A DNA stretch of 54,526 bases from Chloroflexota bacterium (GTDB lineage: Bacteria > Chloroflexota > Limnocylindria > Limnocylindrales > CSP1-4), in assembly GCA_029240655.1 (NCBI GenBank), contig JARDZW010000001.1, forward strand, positions 1-54,526. The letters are read 5' to 3'. The position numbers were made by a program, and so were the translations under genes. Positions 16,121 to 25,150 of the stretch are shown here, piece by piece (the stretch's first letter is position 1; every line of letters starts with the position of its first letter). The notes beneath the pieces are model-generated. The model ran no database searches and was not told where the DNA came from. It worked only from the letters and a program-made list of their open reading frames with translations.

Positions 16121-17512
16121 GTGCCTGTCCCGGGCGAGGCCGTTGCCGTGGTCATCATCGGCCTGGCCGCCTTGCTGACGCTCCGCCTCCTGATCGCCGT
16201 CCCCGGCTGGGTTCGCCATGCGCGCACGCCTGAGACGCGTGCGATCCGGGTCGTTGGTGTCGGTGGCGGCGGAAGCAACGCGGTCGATCGCATGGTCGAC
16301 GCGCAGATCGGGACGGCAAGCTTCGTGGTCTGTAACACCGATGCCCAGGCGCTGCGCCGGTCACGCGCCGGCACGAAGATCCGCATCGGCGAGGCGATCA
16401 CCGGTGGCCTCGGGTCCGGAGGCAACCCCGAGATCGGCCGGCGCGCTGCCGAGGAGGACGAGGCGAAGATCGCCCATGCTGTCGCCGGCGCAGACCTCGT
16501 CTTCGTCACCGCCGGTCTTGGCGGCGGCACCGGATCGGGCGCTGCACCGATCGTCGCGGCCAACGCCAGGGACCAGGGTGCCTTGACGATCGCGGTCGTG
16601 ACCAAGCCCTTCGGATTCGAGGGCACGCATCGGCTGCGGGTCGCCGAGGCCGCCGCGGCGGAGCTCGCGGCGAACGTCGATGCCTTGATCGTCGTCCCGA
16701 ACGACCGAGTCGCGGACGTCCTTGCCGAGGACGCCTCGATGATCGACGCATTCGGCGTCGTCGATGACGTGCTGCATCAGGCCGTCCAGGGGATCATCGA
16801 CCTCATCACCGCGCCCGGCCTGATCAATCTCGACTTTGCCGATGTCCGGTCGGTGATGCAGGACGCCGGTCCAGCGCTCATCGGCCTGGGTCGCGGGACT
16901 GGAGAACACCGCGCCACGGATGCGGCGCGTCAGGCCATCGCCAGTCCGCTGCTGGAGGCCAGCATCGACGGTGCCCGGGGCATCCTGTTCAACGTCTCCG
17001 GCCCGCCAGACCTCCGATTGCGCGAGGTCCGTCAGGCCGCCGAGGTGATCCGCGAGCAGGCCGACCCGGAGGCAAACGTGATCTTCGGGGCGAGCTTCAG
17101 CGAGTCGCTCGAGGGGGACGTCCTCGTCACGCTGATCGCCACGGGACTGGCAACGCCGGTGCCGAGCGCGATCACGTCCGTCAAGGCCGCGTCGCCCAAG
17201 GACACTCCGGCCGAGGATCTCTCCCCGGTCGAGGAGCCTCATCCGGCCGAGGACCGTCCCGTCCCGGCATCACCGGCGATCCCGCCGTCACCGGCCATCC
17301 CGGTGATGGCAACCCCGAAGCGTCCGGCTCGAACGGCCACCATCCCATCGCGGGACGTCGCCGCCGCCCCGAGGCAGCACATCCAACCGCGCTCCGCCGG
17401 TGGCCCCGAACTCCCGGAGCAGGCCCCCGCACGATCGGCGAACGCACCAAGCGACGACCTCGACGTCCCGAGCTTCCTGCGCCGAGGCGGACGGCCGACC
17501 AGCCAGGCCTGA
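16121..17512 (+). CDS. ftsZ: Cell-division GTPase FtsZ with a ~40-aa N-terminal extension containing a hydrophobic helix
   Basis: Tubulin signature 'GGGTGSGAAP', 'VGVGGGGSNAV', T7 region 'NLDFADV', a Pro-rich linker, and the conserved C-terminal peptide 'DDLDVPSFLRR'. The N-terminal extension reads 'VPVPGEAVAVVIIGLAALLTLRLLIAVPGWVRHARTPETRA'. Confidence 0.9.
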   Translation: MPVPGEAVAVVIIGLAALLTLRLLIAVPGWVRHARTPETRAIRVVGVGGGGSNAVDRMVDAQIGTASFVVCNTDAQALRRSRAGTKIRIGEAITGGLGSGGNPEIGRRAAEEDEAKIAHAVAGADLVFVTAGLGGGTGSGAAPIVAANARDQGALTIAVVTKPFGFEGTHRLRVAEAAAAELAANVDALIVVPNDRVADVLAEDASMIDAFGVVDDVLHQAVQGIIDLITAPGLINLDFADVRSVMQDAGPALIGLGRGTGEHRATDAARQAIASPLLEASIDGARGILFNVSGPPDLRLREVRQAAEVIREQADPEANVIFGASFSESLEGDVLVTLIATGLATPVPSAITSVKAASPKDTPAEDLSPVEEPHPAEDRPVPASPAIPPSPAIPVMATPKRPARTATIPSRDVAAAPRQHIQPRSAGGPELPEQAPARSANAPSDDLDVPSFLRRGGRPTSQA

Positions 17513-17551
17513 CCGCCAGCCCAACCGCGCCGCCGTTGCCCGCGACGTGGC

Positions 17552-17557
17552 TACACT
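17552..17557 (+). promoter_or_regulatory. -10-like hexamer TACACT, 6 nt upstream of GTG 17564 (leaderless pattern)
   Basis: 'cTACACTcggaccGTG', near-identical to the purK upstream string. Confidence 0.45.
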
Positions 17558-17563
17558 CGGACC

Positions 17564-17995
17564 GTGACGATGGACGATGAACGCTGGGAACCCGGCATGC
17601 CGGCCCTTGACCGCCAGGCGGTCCGCGCACCGACAACGCTGCCACCCAGCCTGCAGGGTTTGCCCCCGCGCTCCGTGCCCGAGGTCGCCCCGACGCCGCT
17701 CCAGAAGCAGTACATCAACCTGTCGGTGGTCGTGCTCATCTGTGGCGCGATCGCGATCACGGCGCTGAATCTCGGGGCGAGGCTCGGCGATCCGCTCATC
17801 AAGCTGTGCGTCATCGTGGCCGCGCCGTTGCTCGTCGTCACGACCGCCGACGCGATCGTCCGTATCTGGCGCTCGGCCTGGGCGTGGATGGGCGTCGATC
17901 GTGGCAAGGGCCTGTTCCGGCTCGCCTGGGTGGTCGTCAGCCTGATCGGGCTCGGAGCCCTCGTCGTGGCGGCGGTCGCCGTGCTGCTCGCCTGA
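17564..17995 (+). CDS. Small hypothetical membrane protein (Pro-rich N-terminus, about 3 TM segments)
   Basis: 143 aa with high GC3. Hydrophobic segments include 'LSVVVLICGAIAITALNL', 'LCVIVAAPLLVVTTA' and 'LAWVVVSLIGLGALVVAAVAVLLA'. It lies directly downstream of ftsZ. Confidence 0.65.
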   Translation: MTMDDERWEPGMPALDRQAVRAPTTLPPSLQGLPPRSVPEVAPTPLQKQYINLSVVVLICGAIAITALNLGARLGDPLIKLCVIVAAPLLVVTTADAIVRIWRSAWAWMGVDRGKGLFRLAWVVVSLIGLGALVVAAVAVLLA

Positions 17996-18009
17996 CGCAC
18001 GACGGGCGC

Positions 18010-18624
18010 ATGGACGAATTCGATCGGGGACGCGACGGCCGCTCCACGGATCTCCCGTCCGGCGGCGGCGTGCCGTCATGGATGGCCCAGTTCCTCAACT
18101 TCTGCTCGAACTGCGGCACGTCCCTCCGCTTCGGCCAGATCGCGGGAGAGGACCGCGACCGGCTGTCGTGCCCGGAATGCGGCCACATCGTCTACGTCAA
18201 TCCGCGACTCGTCGTCACGGTCTTCCCGATCACCGAGGACGGCGAGGTCGTGCTGCTGCGGCGCGGCATCGAGCCCGGTCGCGGCCAGTGGGCCCAGCCC
18301 GGCGGCTTCCTCGAGATCGACGAGACCGTCAACCAGGCCGCGATCCGCGAGACCTGGGAGGAGACCGGTCTGCTCGTGGAGCCCGGAGAGATCATCGGGC
18401 TGTACACGCGCCTCGAGGCGGCCGTCGTGACGATCGCGTTCGCCGCCCGGATCGTGGGTGGCACGGCCGCGCCCACGGCCGAGGCCCTCGAGATCCGGAC
18501 GTTCCCGCCGGAGGAGATCCCGTGGTCCGGGCTCGCGTTCCGGACGACGATGTGGGCACTGCGTGACTGGCTGGAGACGCACCGGCCGGACATCTCGTGG
18601 CCGGCCGGCGAGGTGGGCCGCTAG
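18010..18624 (+). CDS. NUDIX hydrolase with N-terminal zinc-ribbon
   Basis: ATG 18010 is internal to track ORF 17806..18624. Zn ribbon 'CSNCGTSL...CPECGHIVY'. Nudix box 'GGFLEIDETVNQAAIRETWEETGL'. Confidence 0.82.
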   Translation: MDEFDRGRDGRSTDLPSGGGVPSWMAQFLNFCSNCGTSLRFGQIAGEDRDRLSCPECGHIVYVNPRLVVTVFPITEDGEVVLLRRGIEPGRGQWAQPGGFLEIDETVNQAAIRETWEETGLLVEPGEIIGLYTRLEAAVVTIAFAARIVGGTAAPTAEALEIRTFPPEEIPWSGLAFRTTMWALRDWLETHRPDISWPAGEVGR

Positions 18625-18643
18625 CCGGCTGGACCGGGACGCA

Positions 18644-19231
18644 TCAGCAACCTGGGCCGGCGAGGTCGATCCGCCGCTGCCCGCGAACGACGTCGGGCAG
18701 GTGGCAGCGCCTCATGAGTCCGGTCTCGGCGCCGGACGCCGGATCGAGGACGGCCCCGATCCGGATGGGACGCAACACGACGTCCCGGGCCCGGCCGCTC
18801 GTGTCGTACACGACGACCTGGACGACCACCGGCCCCGAGGGGCGCGGATCCGGCAGCGGCAACGTCACGATGAAGGTCCGTCCCGGGCTGCGGTCGCGGT
18901 CACCTGGCCTTGTCATCGGCCCGCCCGTCCGCACGACGATGGGCTCGGTGCTGTGGTATTGCAGCACGACCTGGACCCGCCACGATGATTCGCGGACGTG
19001 ACCGCGAACGACGAGGTCGCTGGTCCTGATGACCTGGCCGGCCCGAGCAGGCCACGTGACGACGACGTCGGCCCAGGCGGGGTCGAGTGATGGGACGGCC
19101 GCAGACGGTGCGACCACGACCGAAGATCCGGCGCTGGGCACCGCCGCGGCCACGTCGGCCCTGGCTTCGTCGCCGGCAGCGCCACCGGCCAGGGCCACGC
19201 CCACGACCGTCACGAGCCCGAGTCCCCACAC
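18644..19231 (-). CDS. Hypothetical protein with a hydrophobic N-terminus (possibly exported)
   Basis: GTG 19231 is the first start codon in the frame. The N-terminus is 'WGLGLVTVVGVALAGGAAG'. No family recognised. Confidence 0.5.
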   Translation of the reverse strand: MWGLGLVTVVGVALAGGAAGDEARADVAAAVPSAGSSVVVAPSAAVPSLDPAWADVVVTWPARAGQVIRTSDLVVRGHVRESSWRVQVVLQYHSTEPIVVRTGGPMTRPGDRDRSPGRTFIVTLPLPDPRPSGPVVVQVVVYDTSGRARDVVLRPIRIGAVLDPASGAETGLMRRCHLPDVVRGQRRIDLAGPGC

Positions 19232-19304
19232 CGCGATCGCGAATCTCCCGGGGCGGCGCCCACCGGCCCCGCCCGGCCCGCCGACCGAGCCCCGGAACCG
19301 TGTC

Positions 19305-20795
19305 TCAGCTGATGTCGATGAAGACGTTCTTGGTCTCCGTATAGAGGTCGAGCGCGCTCATTCCTAGCTCCCGGCCGATGCCGGACATCTTGTAGCCGCC
19401 GAACGGTGCCTCGGTGTGGACCGAGCTGTTCGAGTTCACGCTGATCACCCCGGCCTGGAGCGCCTTCGCCGCGCGCAGCGCCTTGCCGATGTCGCGGCTC
19501 CAGATCGAGCCGCTGAGGCCGTACGGCGTCGAATTGGCCAGCTGCAGCGCCTCTTCCTCCGTGTCGAACGGGATGATGGACACCACCGGCCCGAAGATCT
19601 CCTCCTTCGCGATCCGCATGTCGTTCGACACGCCATCGAAGACCGTCGGGAGGAGATACGCGCCATCGGCCAGGGCCGGATCGTCGGGTTCGGTCCCGCC
19701 GACCACGATCGTGGCCCCTTCGCCGAGTCCGATCTCGATGTAGTCCTTCACCCTGTCGCGCTGCTTGGCGCTGACGAGCGTCCCGACCTCGGTCGCGTCG
19801 TCTGCCGGATCGCCGACCTTGACGTTGCGCGTCGCCTCGACGAACAGCTCGAGCACGCGCTCGTGCGCCGATCGCTCGACGAGGATGCGGCTCCGCGCGC
19901 AGCAGTCCTGGCCGGCGTTGTCGAAGACGCTGTACGGCGCCTCCTTCGCGAACTTCTCGAGATCGGCGTCGGCGAAGACGATGTTCGGGCTCTTGCCACC
20001 GAGCTCGAGCGAGATCTTCTTCACGTTGCCGGACGCGAGCCGCATGATCTCCTGGCCGGTCGTGGTCTCGCCGGTGAACGCGACCTTGCCGATGCCGTCG
20101 TGGGCCGCGATCGACGCGCCCGCCGTGCCGCCAGGGCCGGTCACGATGTTGAGGACACCGGCCGGGATGCCGGCCTCGAGGGCCAGCTCGCCGAGGCGGA
20201 TCGCCGTCATCGGGGTGTACGACGCGGGCTTGAGGATCGCGGTGTTGCCGGCCGCGAGGGCCGGCGCGACCTTCCAGGAAGCCATGAGGATCGGGAAATT
20301 CCACGGCACGATGAGCCCGACGACGCCGATGGGCTCGCGCAGCGTCAGGTCCAGGCCGGGCTTGCTCACGGGGATCGTCTGGCCGTAGAGCTTGTTCGCC
20401 GCACCCGCGTAGTAGTCGAAGACGAGGCTCGCGCCGATGACCTCGCCGCGCGAGCCGGTGATGGGCTTGCCGACGTTGTGGCTCTCGAGCGACGCCAGTT
20501 CCTCGCTGTTCTTCTTGATGAGGTCGGCGAGCTTGGAGAGGCTCCGGCCGCGCTTGCCGGCGGCCCAGGTGGCCCAGCCCTTGCGGTCGGCGAAGGCTTT
20601 GCGGGCAGCCTCCACCGCGCGGTCCACGTCCTCGCGCCCGCCGAGCGGTGCCGTGGCGATCGTGCGCCCCGTGGCCGGGTTGACGACGTCGAAGGTCTGG
20701 CCGTCGGCCGCGTCGACCGACTCGCCGCCGATGATCATGCGGGCCGTGATGGCGGCCTCGTCCGTAGCGGGAGTGGGCTTCGACTCGGTCGTCAT
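19305..20795 (-). CDS. NAD(P)+-dependent aldehyde dehydrogenase
   Basis: 'VPWNFP', catalytic 'ELGGKSP' Glu and 'NAGQDCCARSR' Cys, 'EEIFGPV'. GGAGG lies 7 nt upstream of ATG 20795. Confidence 0.9.
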   Translation of the reverse strand: MTTESKPTPATDEAAITARMIIGGESVDAADGQTFDVVNPATGRTIATAPLGGREDVDRAVEAARKAFADRKGWATWAAGKRGRSLSKLADLIKKNSEELASLESHNVGKPITGSRGEVIGASLVFDYYAGAANKLYGQTIPVSKPGLDLTLREPIGVVGLIVPWNFPILMASWKVAPALAAGNTAILKPASYTPMTAIRLGELALEAGIPAGVLNIVTGPGGTAGASIAAHDGIGKVAFTGETTTGQEIMRLASGNVKKISLELGGKSPNIVFADADLEKFAKEAPYSVFDNAGQDCCARSRILVERSAHERVLELFVEATRNVKVGDPADDATEVGTLVSAKQRDRVKDYIEIGLGEGATIVVGGTEPDDPALADGAYLLPTVFDGVSNDMRIAKEEIFGPVVSIIPFDTEEEALQLANSTPYGLSGSIWSRDIGKALRAAKALQAGVISVNSNSSVHTEAPFGGYKMSGIGRELGMSALDLYTETKNVFIDIS

Positions 20796-20878
20796 CGCGA
20801 GGCCTCCGGGTTCGGGCGGGCAGGTCGGGAAGGAGCCCGATGATACGCCCGTTCCCCGGCTCGACCTTCCGGTCCGGA

Positions 20879-23260
20879 TCAGGTCGCCGCCGCAAGCCTC
20901 GGGCTGCGGCTCGGTCGGTCACGCGGACTTGGGGCCGTGATGGTCCCGCCAAGGAGCATGGCCTCGAAGGCGGCGGCCGCCATGGGGCGGGCGAACAGGT
21001 AGCCCTGCCCATACAGGCAGCCCAGGCGGCGCAGGCGCTCGAGCTGCGATGCCGTCTCGATGCCCTCGGCGATGGACCACATGCCAAGGGACCGGCAGAG
21101 ACCAAGGATCCCTTCGAGCAGGGCCTCGACCCGGGCATCGTCCTCCATCGCCACCACGAACGAGCGGTCGATCTTGATGATGTCGAACGGCAGCTCGGCG
21201 AGGTGGCTCAGCGCCGAGTAGCCGGTCCCGAAGTCGTCGAGGGCGAGGAGCACGCCGAGCTCGCGCAGCCCGAGCAGCGCCCGGCGCGCGGCATCGACAT
21301 CGGTCAGTGCCGACTCCGTGACCTCGATGACGAGCCGGTTCGCCTCCAGGCCGGTCTCGCGCAGGATCTCGGCCACCTCGTCGACGATGTGCGGCTGCAG
21401 GAGCTGGCTGGGCGCCAGGTTCACGCTGACGAGGAGGCCCTGCCCGCCCGGGGCGGCCGGCCACGCGGCGGCGGTCGTGCACGCCTCGCGCAGGATCCAG
21501 CTGCCGAGCGGGTGGATGAGGCCACAGGACTCGGCGATCGGGATGAACTCGAGCGGTCCGATGACGCCCCGTTCGGGGTGGCGCCAGCGGACCAGGGCCT
21601 CGGCGCCGATGGTGGTGCCGGGGTCGATCTCGATCCCGGGCTGGTATTCGAGGAAGAACGCGCCGGATGTGATCGCCGCTGCGAGCTCCGTCCGCAGCTC
21701 GTACCCGCGAACGATGGACTCGTGCATGGCCGGCTCGTGGATCTCGACCTTGTCCTTGCCCTGGGACTTGGCCTGGTACATGGCGACGTCCGCGTCACGC
21801 ATGAGGTCCATCCCCGTGGACGCGGGACGGCCGAGCGCGATGCCCGCGCTGGCACGGGCCGTCAGCCGGCGTCCGCCGAGGGCGACGGGTGCCCGGATCG
21901 AGGAGAGGACGCGCTCCGCCACGGACTGGGCGACCGTCTCGTCCGGGCAGTGTTCGATGAGGACGCCGAACTCGTCGCCACCCAGTCGGGCGGCCAGGCC
22001 GTCGCTCCGCAATTCGCGCTGGATCCGCGCCGCGACCGTCCGGAGCAGCTCGTCGCCGGTGCCGTGGCCCAGGGTGTCGTTGATGGTCTTGAAGTCGTCG
22101 AGATCGAGGAAGATCAGCGCAGTACGGCCCGGGTCGATCGCGATGGCGGCATCGAGCCGTTCCTCGAACAGCGTCCGGTTGGCCAGCCGGGTCAGCGGGT
22201 CGTGCGTGGCCTGGTAGGCGAGGTCGTCTTGTAGCCGGCGTCGATGGAGCAGCGACACGCCGAGCTCGTCCACGGTCGTTGCCAGGCGGATCAGCACGAG
22301 CCCGAACAGGATGGTCCACGACAGGACGAGGCCGATGAGCAGATCCGGTTGGATCGCGTTCGAGTGGAAGAGGAGGATCCCGGGAGCGAGCATGGCCGCG
22401 ATGGCCAGCAGCGCGAGCCGCGACCGGCTCAGATGCGCGTCCGCGACGGCGGACGGGATCACCTTTGCATTGACGGAGGGATGCAACCCTGCGACGGCCA
22501 TGATCAGCACGCCGGTGATCCAGCCGGCATCGACCGGATGTCCGTCCGCGTACGTCCCGTCGAGCAGCGCCATCGCGTAGACGATGTCGGCGACGAAATA
22601 GATCGCGATGCCGACCAGGAGCAGCTGGAGATACCGCGGCTGGGAACCGCCACCCAGCAGCGCCCGCAGGCCGATGGTCAGCAGCATGAGGTCCATGCAC
22701 GGGTACGCGAGCGACACGAAGATCGAGAGGGGATCGGTCGCACCGGAGATGTTCGGGGCCATGATGACGACCCAGAACACGGCACTGGCCCCGGCCGCGA
22801 GGATCGCGGCGTCGATCAGCGGCGTTCGATCATTGCCGTTGGATCGTCCGCGAACCAGGACGATCGCGCCCGAGACGAGGGCGGCGTATCCGACGAGGTA
22901 GGGGACATCGGCCAGCGACGGGTAGGGGATCTCCGGATTGAAAAAGTAGTCCACGCTGTAGGTGATGTCGCCCACCGACAGGAACGCGAGGCCGGCCGCG
23001 ATCAGCCACCACGCACCGCGTTGTGCCGGATGGTGGCGCTGGACCGCGACGAGGATGACCACGGTCGCAACGAGCCCGTAGAGCGGGTACATGACCGTCC
23101 GGCTCAGGCCCGTGATCGGCTGCAGGAGATAGAGGGCGGTCAGGACGGGGATCGCGCAAAGCAGGACCACCCATGTGCCGGGCAGCCTGCTGGTCGCGCG
23201 CGGCGAGGCGTCGGGCACGGCTGGGGGAGCGGCGGTGGCGGGCATCGGGTGCGGGGGCAT
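20879..23260 (-). CDS. Membrane-bound GGDEF-EAL protein (diguanylate cyclase/phosphodiesterase) with an ~330-aa polytopic N-terminal domain
   Basis: About 9-10 hydrophobic segments, then an intact 'RLGGDEFGVL' and EAL motifs 'AEALVRW', 'DDFGTGYS' and 'IKIDRSF'. Confidence 0.88.
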   Translation of the reverse strand: MPPHPMPATAAPPAVPDASPRATSRLPGTWVVLLCAIPVLTALYLLQPITGLSRTVMYPLYGLVATVVILVAVQRHHPAQRGAWWLIAAGLAFLSVGDITYSVDYFFNPEIPYPSLADVPYLVGYAALVSGAIVLVRGRSNGNDRTPLIDAAILAAGASAVFWVVIMAPNISGATDPLSIFVSLAYPCMDLMLLTIGLRALLGGGSQPRYLQLLLVGIAIYFVADIVYAMALLDGTYADGHPVDAGWITGVLIMAVAGLHPSVNAKVIPSAVADAHLSRSRLALLAIAAMLAPGILLFHSNAIQPDLLIGLVLSWTILFGLVLIRLATTVDELGVSLLHRRRLQDDLAYQATHDPLTRLANRTLFEERLDAAIAIDPGRTALIFLDLDDFKTINDTLGHGTGDELLRTVAARIQRELRSDGLAARLGGDEFGVLIEHCPDETVAQSVAERVLSSIRAPVALGGRRLTARASAGIALGRPASTGMDLMRDADVAMYQAKSQGKDKVEIHEPAMHESIVRGYELRTELAAAITSGAFFLEYQPGIEIDPGTTIGAEALVRWRHPERGVIGPLEFIPIAESCGLIHPLGSWILREACTTAAAWPAAPGGQGLLVSVNLAPSQLLQPHIVDEVAEILRETGLEANRLVIEVTESALTDVDAARRALLGLRELGVLLALDDFGTGYSALSHLAELPFDIIKIDRSFVVAMEDDARVEALLEGILGLCRSLGMWSIAEGIETASQLERLRRLGCLYGQGYLFARPMAAAAFEAMLLGGTITAPSPRDRPSRSPRLAAAT

Positions 23261-23391
23261 CGTCTTCCCGGGAGGGCGGCGTGGACCGCATCAATGTCCC
23301 TGTTGCCGCGTGGCCCCGCCATCGCACGTTCGGACTGTCTTGTCTGCGGCGAAGGGGGTATTAGTACTACGCCCCATGACGTACGCCCGGG

Positions 23392-24225
23392 TCAGTCGCC
23401 CCTCGGCCCTTCGGGCCCGTCGCTCCCGCGCAGGTCGTCGAATGTCGTCGCGGCGTCCGCAAGTCCTTCGGCCGCCACGATCGCCGCGCCGACGATGCCA
23501 GCGTCATTGCGCAGCTCAGCCGCGACGACCGGCGTTCGCGTCGTCAGGCGGGGGATGAACCGGTCGGCGTTCTTGCTGACGCCGCCACCCAGGATGAACA
23601 GCGTCGGCCACATCAGATCCTCGATGCGCTGCAGATGCTCGTCGAGGTCCATCGCCCAAGCCTTCCAGGACAGGCCCCTGCGCACCCGGGAGGCCGCCGC
23701 GGAACGACGCTCCGCCGGGCGGCCCCGGATCTCCATCTGGCCGAATTCGGTGTTCGGGACGAGCATGCCGTCGACGAACACCCCGGACCCGACACCCGTC
23801 CCGAGCGTCAAGAAGATCACGACACCGCGTTTGGCGGCGCCGACGCCGAAGCGCATCTCCGCGATCCCGGCCGCATCCGCGTCGTTGACGATGCTGACTG
23901 GTCGCTTGAGCGCCTTCGAGAGCTTGTCCGCGATCGGGTAGTCGACCCAGGCTGGGTCGATGTTGGCCGCCGTGACGAGCCGCCCACCGATGGTGACGCC
24001 AGGCAGGCCGACGCCCACCGACACGTCCGCCGGGAGGTTCGTCCCCTTGGCAAGGCGCCGGACAAGTCGCCCGATCGCGGCACTCACCCGGTCGGGCGTC
24101 GACGGGTTGGGTGTCGGGATGCGCAGTCGCTCCGATAGGAGCTCACCGGTATCGGTATTCACGACCGCGGCCTTGATGCCGCTGCCGCCGACATCGACGC
24201 CCATGGCGAGCGATCGGTCAGTCAC
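23392..24225 (-). CDS. ppgK: Polyphosphate/ATP glucokinase (ROK family)
   Basis: 'MGVDVGGSGIKAAVV' and 'NDADAAG' ROK motifs. GAGGAGG lies just upstream of GTG 24225 (3-nt spacer); ATG 24204 is an alternative start. The rest of track ORF 23392..24681 overlaps the SDR gene out of frame. Confidence 0.82.
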   Translation of the reverse strand: MTDRSLAMGVDVGGSGIKAAVVNTDTGELLSERLRIPTPNPSTPDRVSAAIGRLVRRLAKGTNLPADVSVGVGLPGVTIGGRLVTAANIDPAWVDYPIADKLSKALKRPVSIVNDADAAGIAEMRFGVGAAKRGVVIFLTLGTGVGSGVFVDGMLVPNTEFGQMEIRGRPAERRSAAASRVRRGLSWKAWAMDLDEHLQRIEDLMWPTLFILGGGVSKNADRFIPRLTTRTPVVAAELRNDAGIVGAAIVAAEGLADAATTFDDLRGSDGPEGPRGD

Positions 24226-24233
24226 GTCCCTCC

Positions 24234-25001
24234 TCAGAAATAGTTGACGGTGATGCCGCCGTCGACGACGAGCGACGCGCCGTTCGTCCAGCGGGACTCG
24301 TCGGACGCGAGGTAGATGGCCATGTGGACGATCTCCTCTGGCTTGCCGAAGCGGCCGGTCGGGTTCCGCGCCAGGCGCAGCTGTTTCGCGGCCTCGTCCT
24401 TGACCAGCCAGTCCATGAGCAGCGGCGTCTCGACGGGGCCGGGACAGATCGCGTTCGCGCGGATGCCCTTCGGGCCGTATTGGACGGCGAGGCTGCGGGT
24501 CAGGCTCAGGACCGCGCCCTTCGACGCCGTGTACGCGTCCTGCGGCACGGAACAGCCGACGAGCGCCACGAAGCTCGCGATGTTGATGATCGACCCGCCG
24601 CCGGCGGCCTCCATCGCCGGGATCCCGTACTTGCAGCCCAGGAACACGCCGCGTACGTTGACGGCCATGACCTGGTCCCACACGTCGACCGCGGTGTCCG
24701 TCACCGAGTGATCCGCCTCGGGCATGACGCCGGCGTTGTTGTAGAGGCAGTCGAGACGGCCGTACGTCGCGACGGCGTGGTCGACCATCGCCTGGGCATC
24801 CCCCTCCTTCGAAACGTCGGCCTTGACGAAGGTCGCGTCGCCGCCGTCCGCGCGGATGAGGTCAACGGTCTCCTGGCCTGCGGCCTCGCTGTATTCCGCG
24901 ACGACGACCTTGGCGCCTTCCTTCGCGAACATCGTTGCCGCGACGCGGCCCATGCCGCCGCCGGCGCCCGTGATGATCGTGACCTTGTCGGCGAGTCGCA
25001 T
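24234..25001 (-). CDS. Short-chain dehydrogenase/reductase (classical SDR)
   Basis: Start at ATG 25001 (MRLADKVTIITGAGGGMG). 'TGAGGGMG' cofactor loop, 'NNAG', catalytic 'YTASK'. Confidence 0.88.
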   Translation of the reverse strand: MRLADKVTIITGAGGGMGRVAATMFAKEGAKVVVAEYSEAAGQETVDLIRADGGDATFVKADVSKEGDAQAMVDHAVATYGRLDCLYNNAGVMPEADHSVTDTAVDVWDQVMAVNVRGVFLGCKYGIPAMEAAGGGSIINIASFVALVGCSVPQDAYTASKGAVLSLTRSLAVQYGPKGIRANAICPGPVETPLLMDWLVKDEAAKQLRLARNPTGRFGKPEEIVHMAIYLASDESRWTNGASLVVDGGITVNYF

Positions 25002-25138
25002 CGATGTCACTCGATCCTCAGGATGGGTGTAAGCGAGCCGACGGCCTGCGTGCGTCGTGCGCCGCATCGTACCCGGCCACGTCGGGCCGGCGTCACGCGA
25101 TCCGCGCGTTTGTGCGGCGGGCGGGCGAGGTCGCGGAG

Positions 25139-25144
25139 TACTCT
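25139..25144 (+). promoter_or_regulatory. -10-like hexamer TACTCT, 6 nt upstream of ATG 25151 (leaderless pattern)
   Basis: 'gTACTCTcgcgccATG' read directly. Confidence 0.35.
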
Positions 25145-25150
25145 CGCGCC

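Noticed and set aside
23392-24681. 429-aa track ORF extending ppgK upstream
   Set aside because: The extension overlaps the SDR gene (24234..25001) out of frame and is Arg/Gly/Pro-rich. The ROK N-terminus 'MGVDVGGSGIK' begins at 24204 and an SD-GTG lies at 24225.
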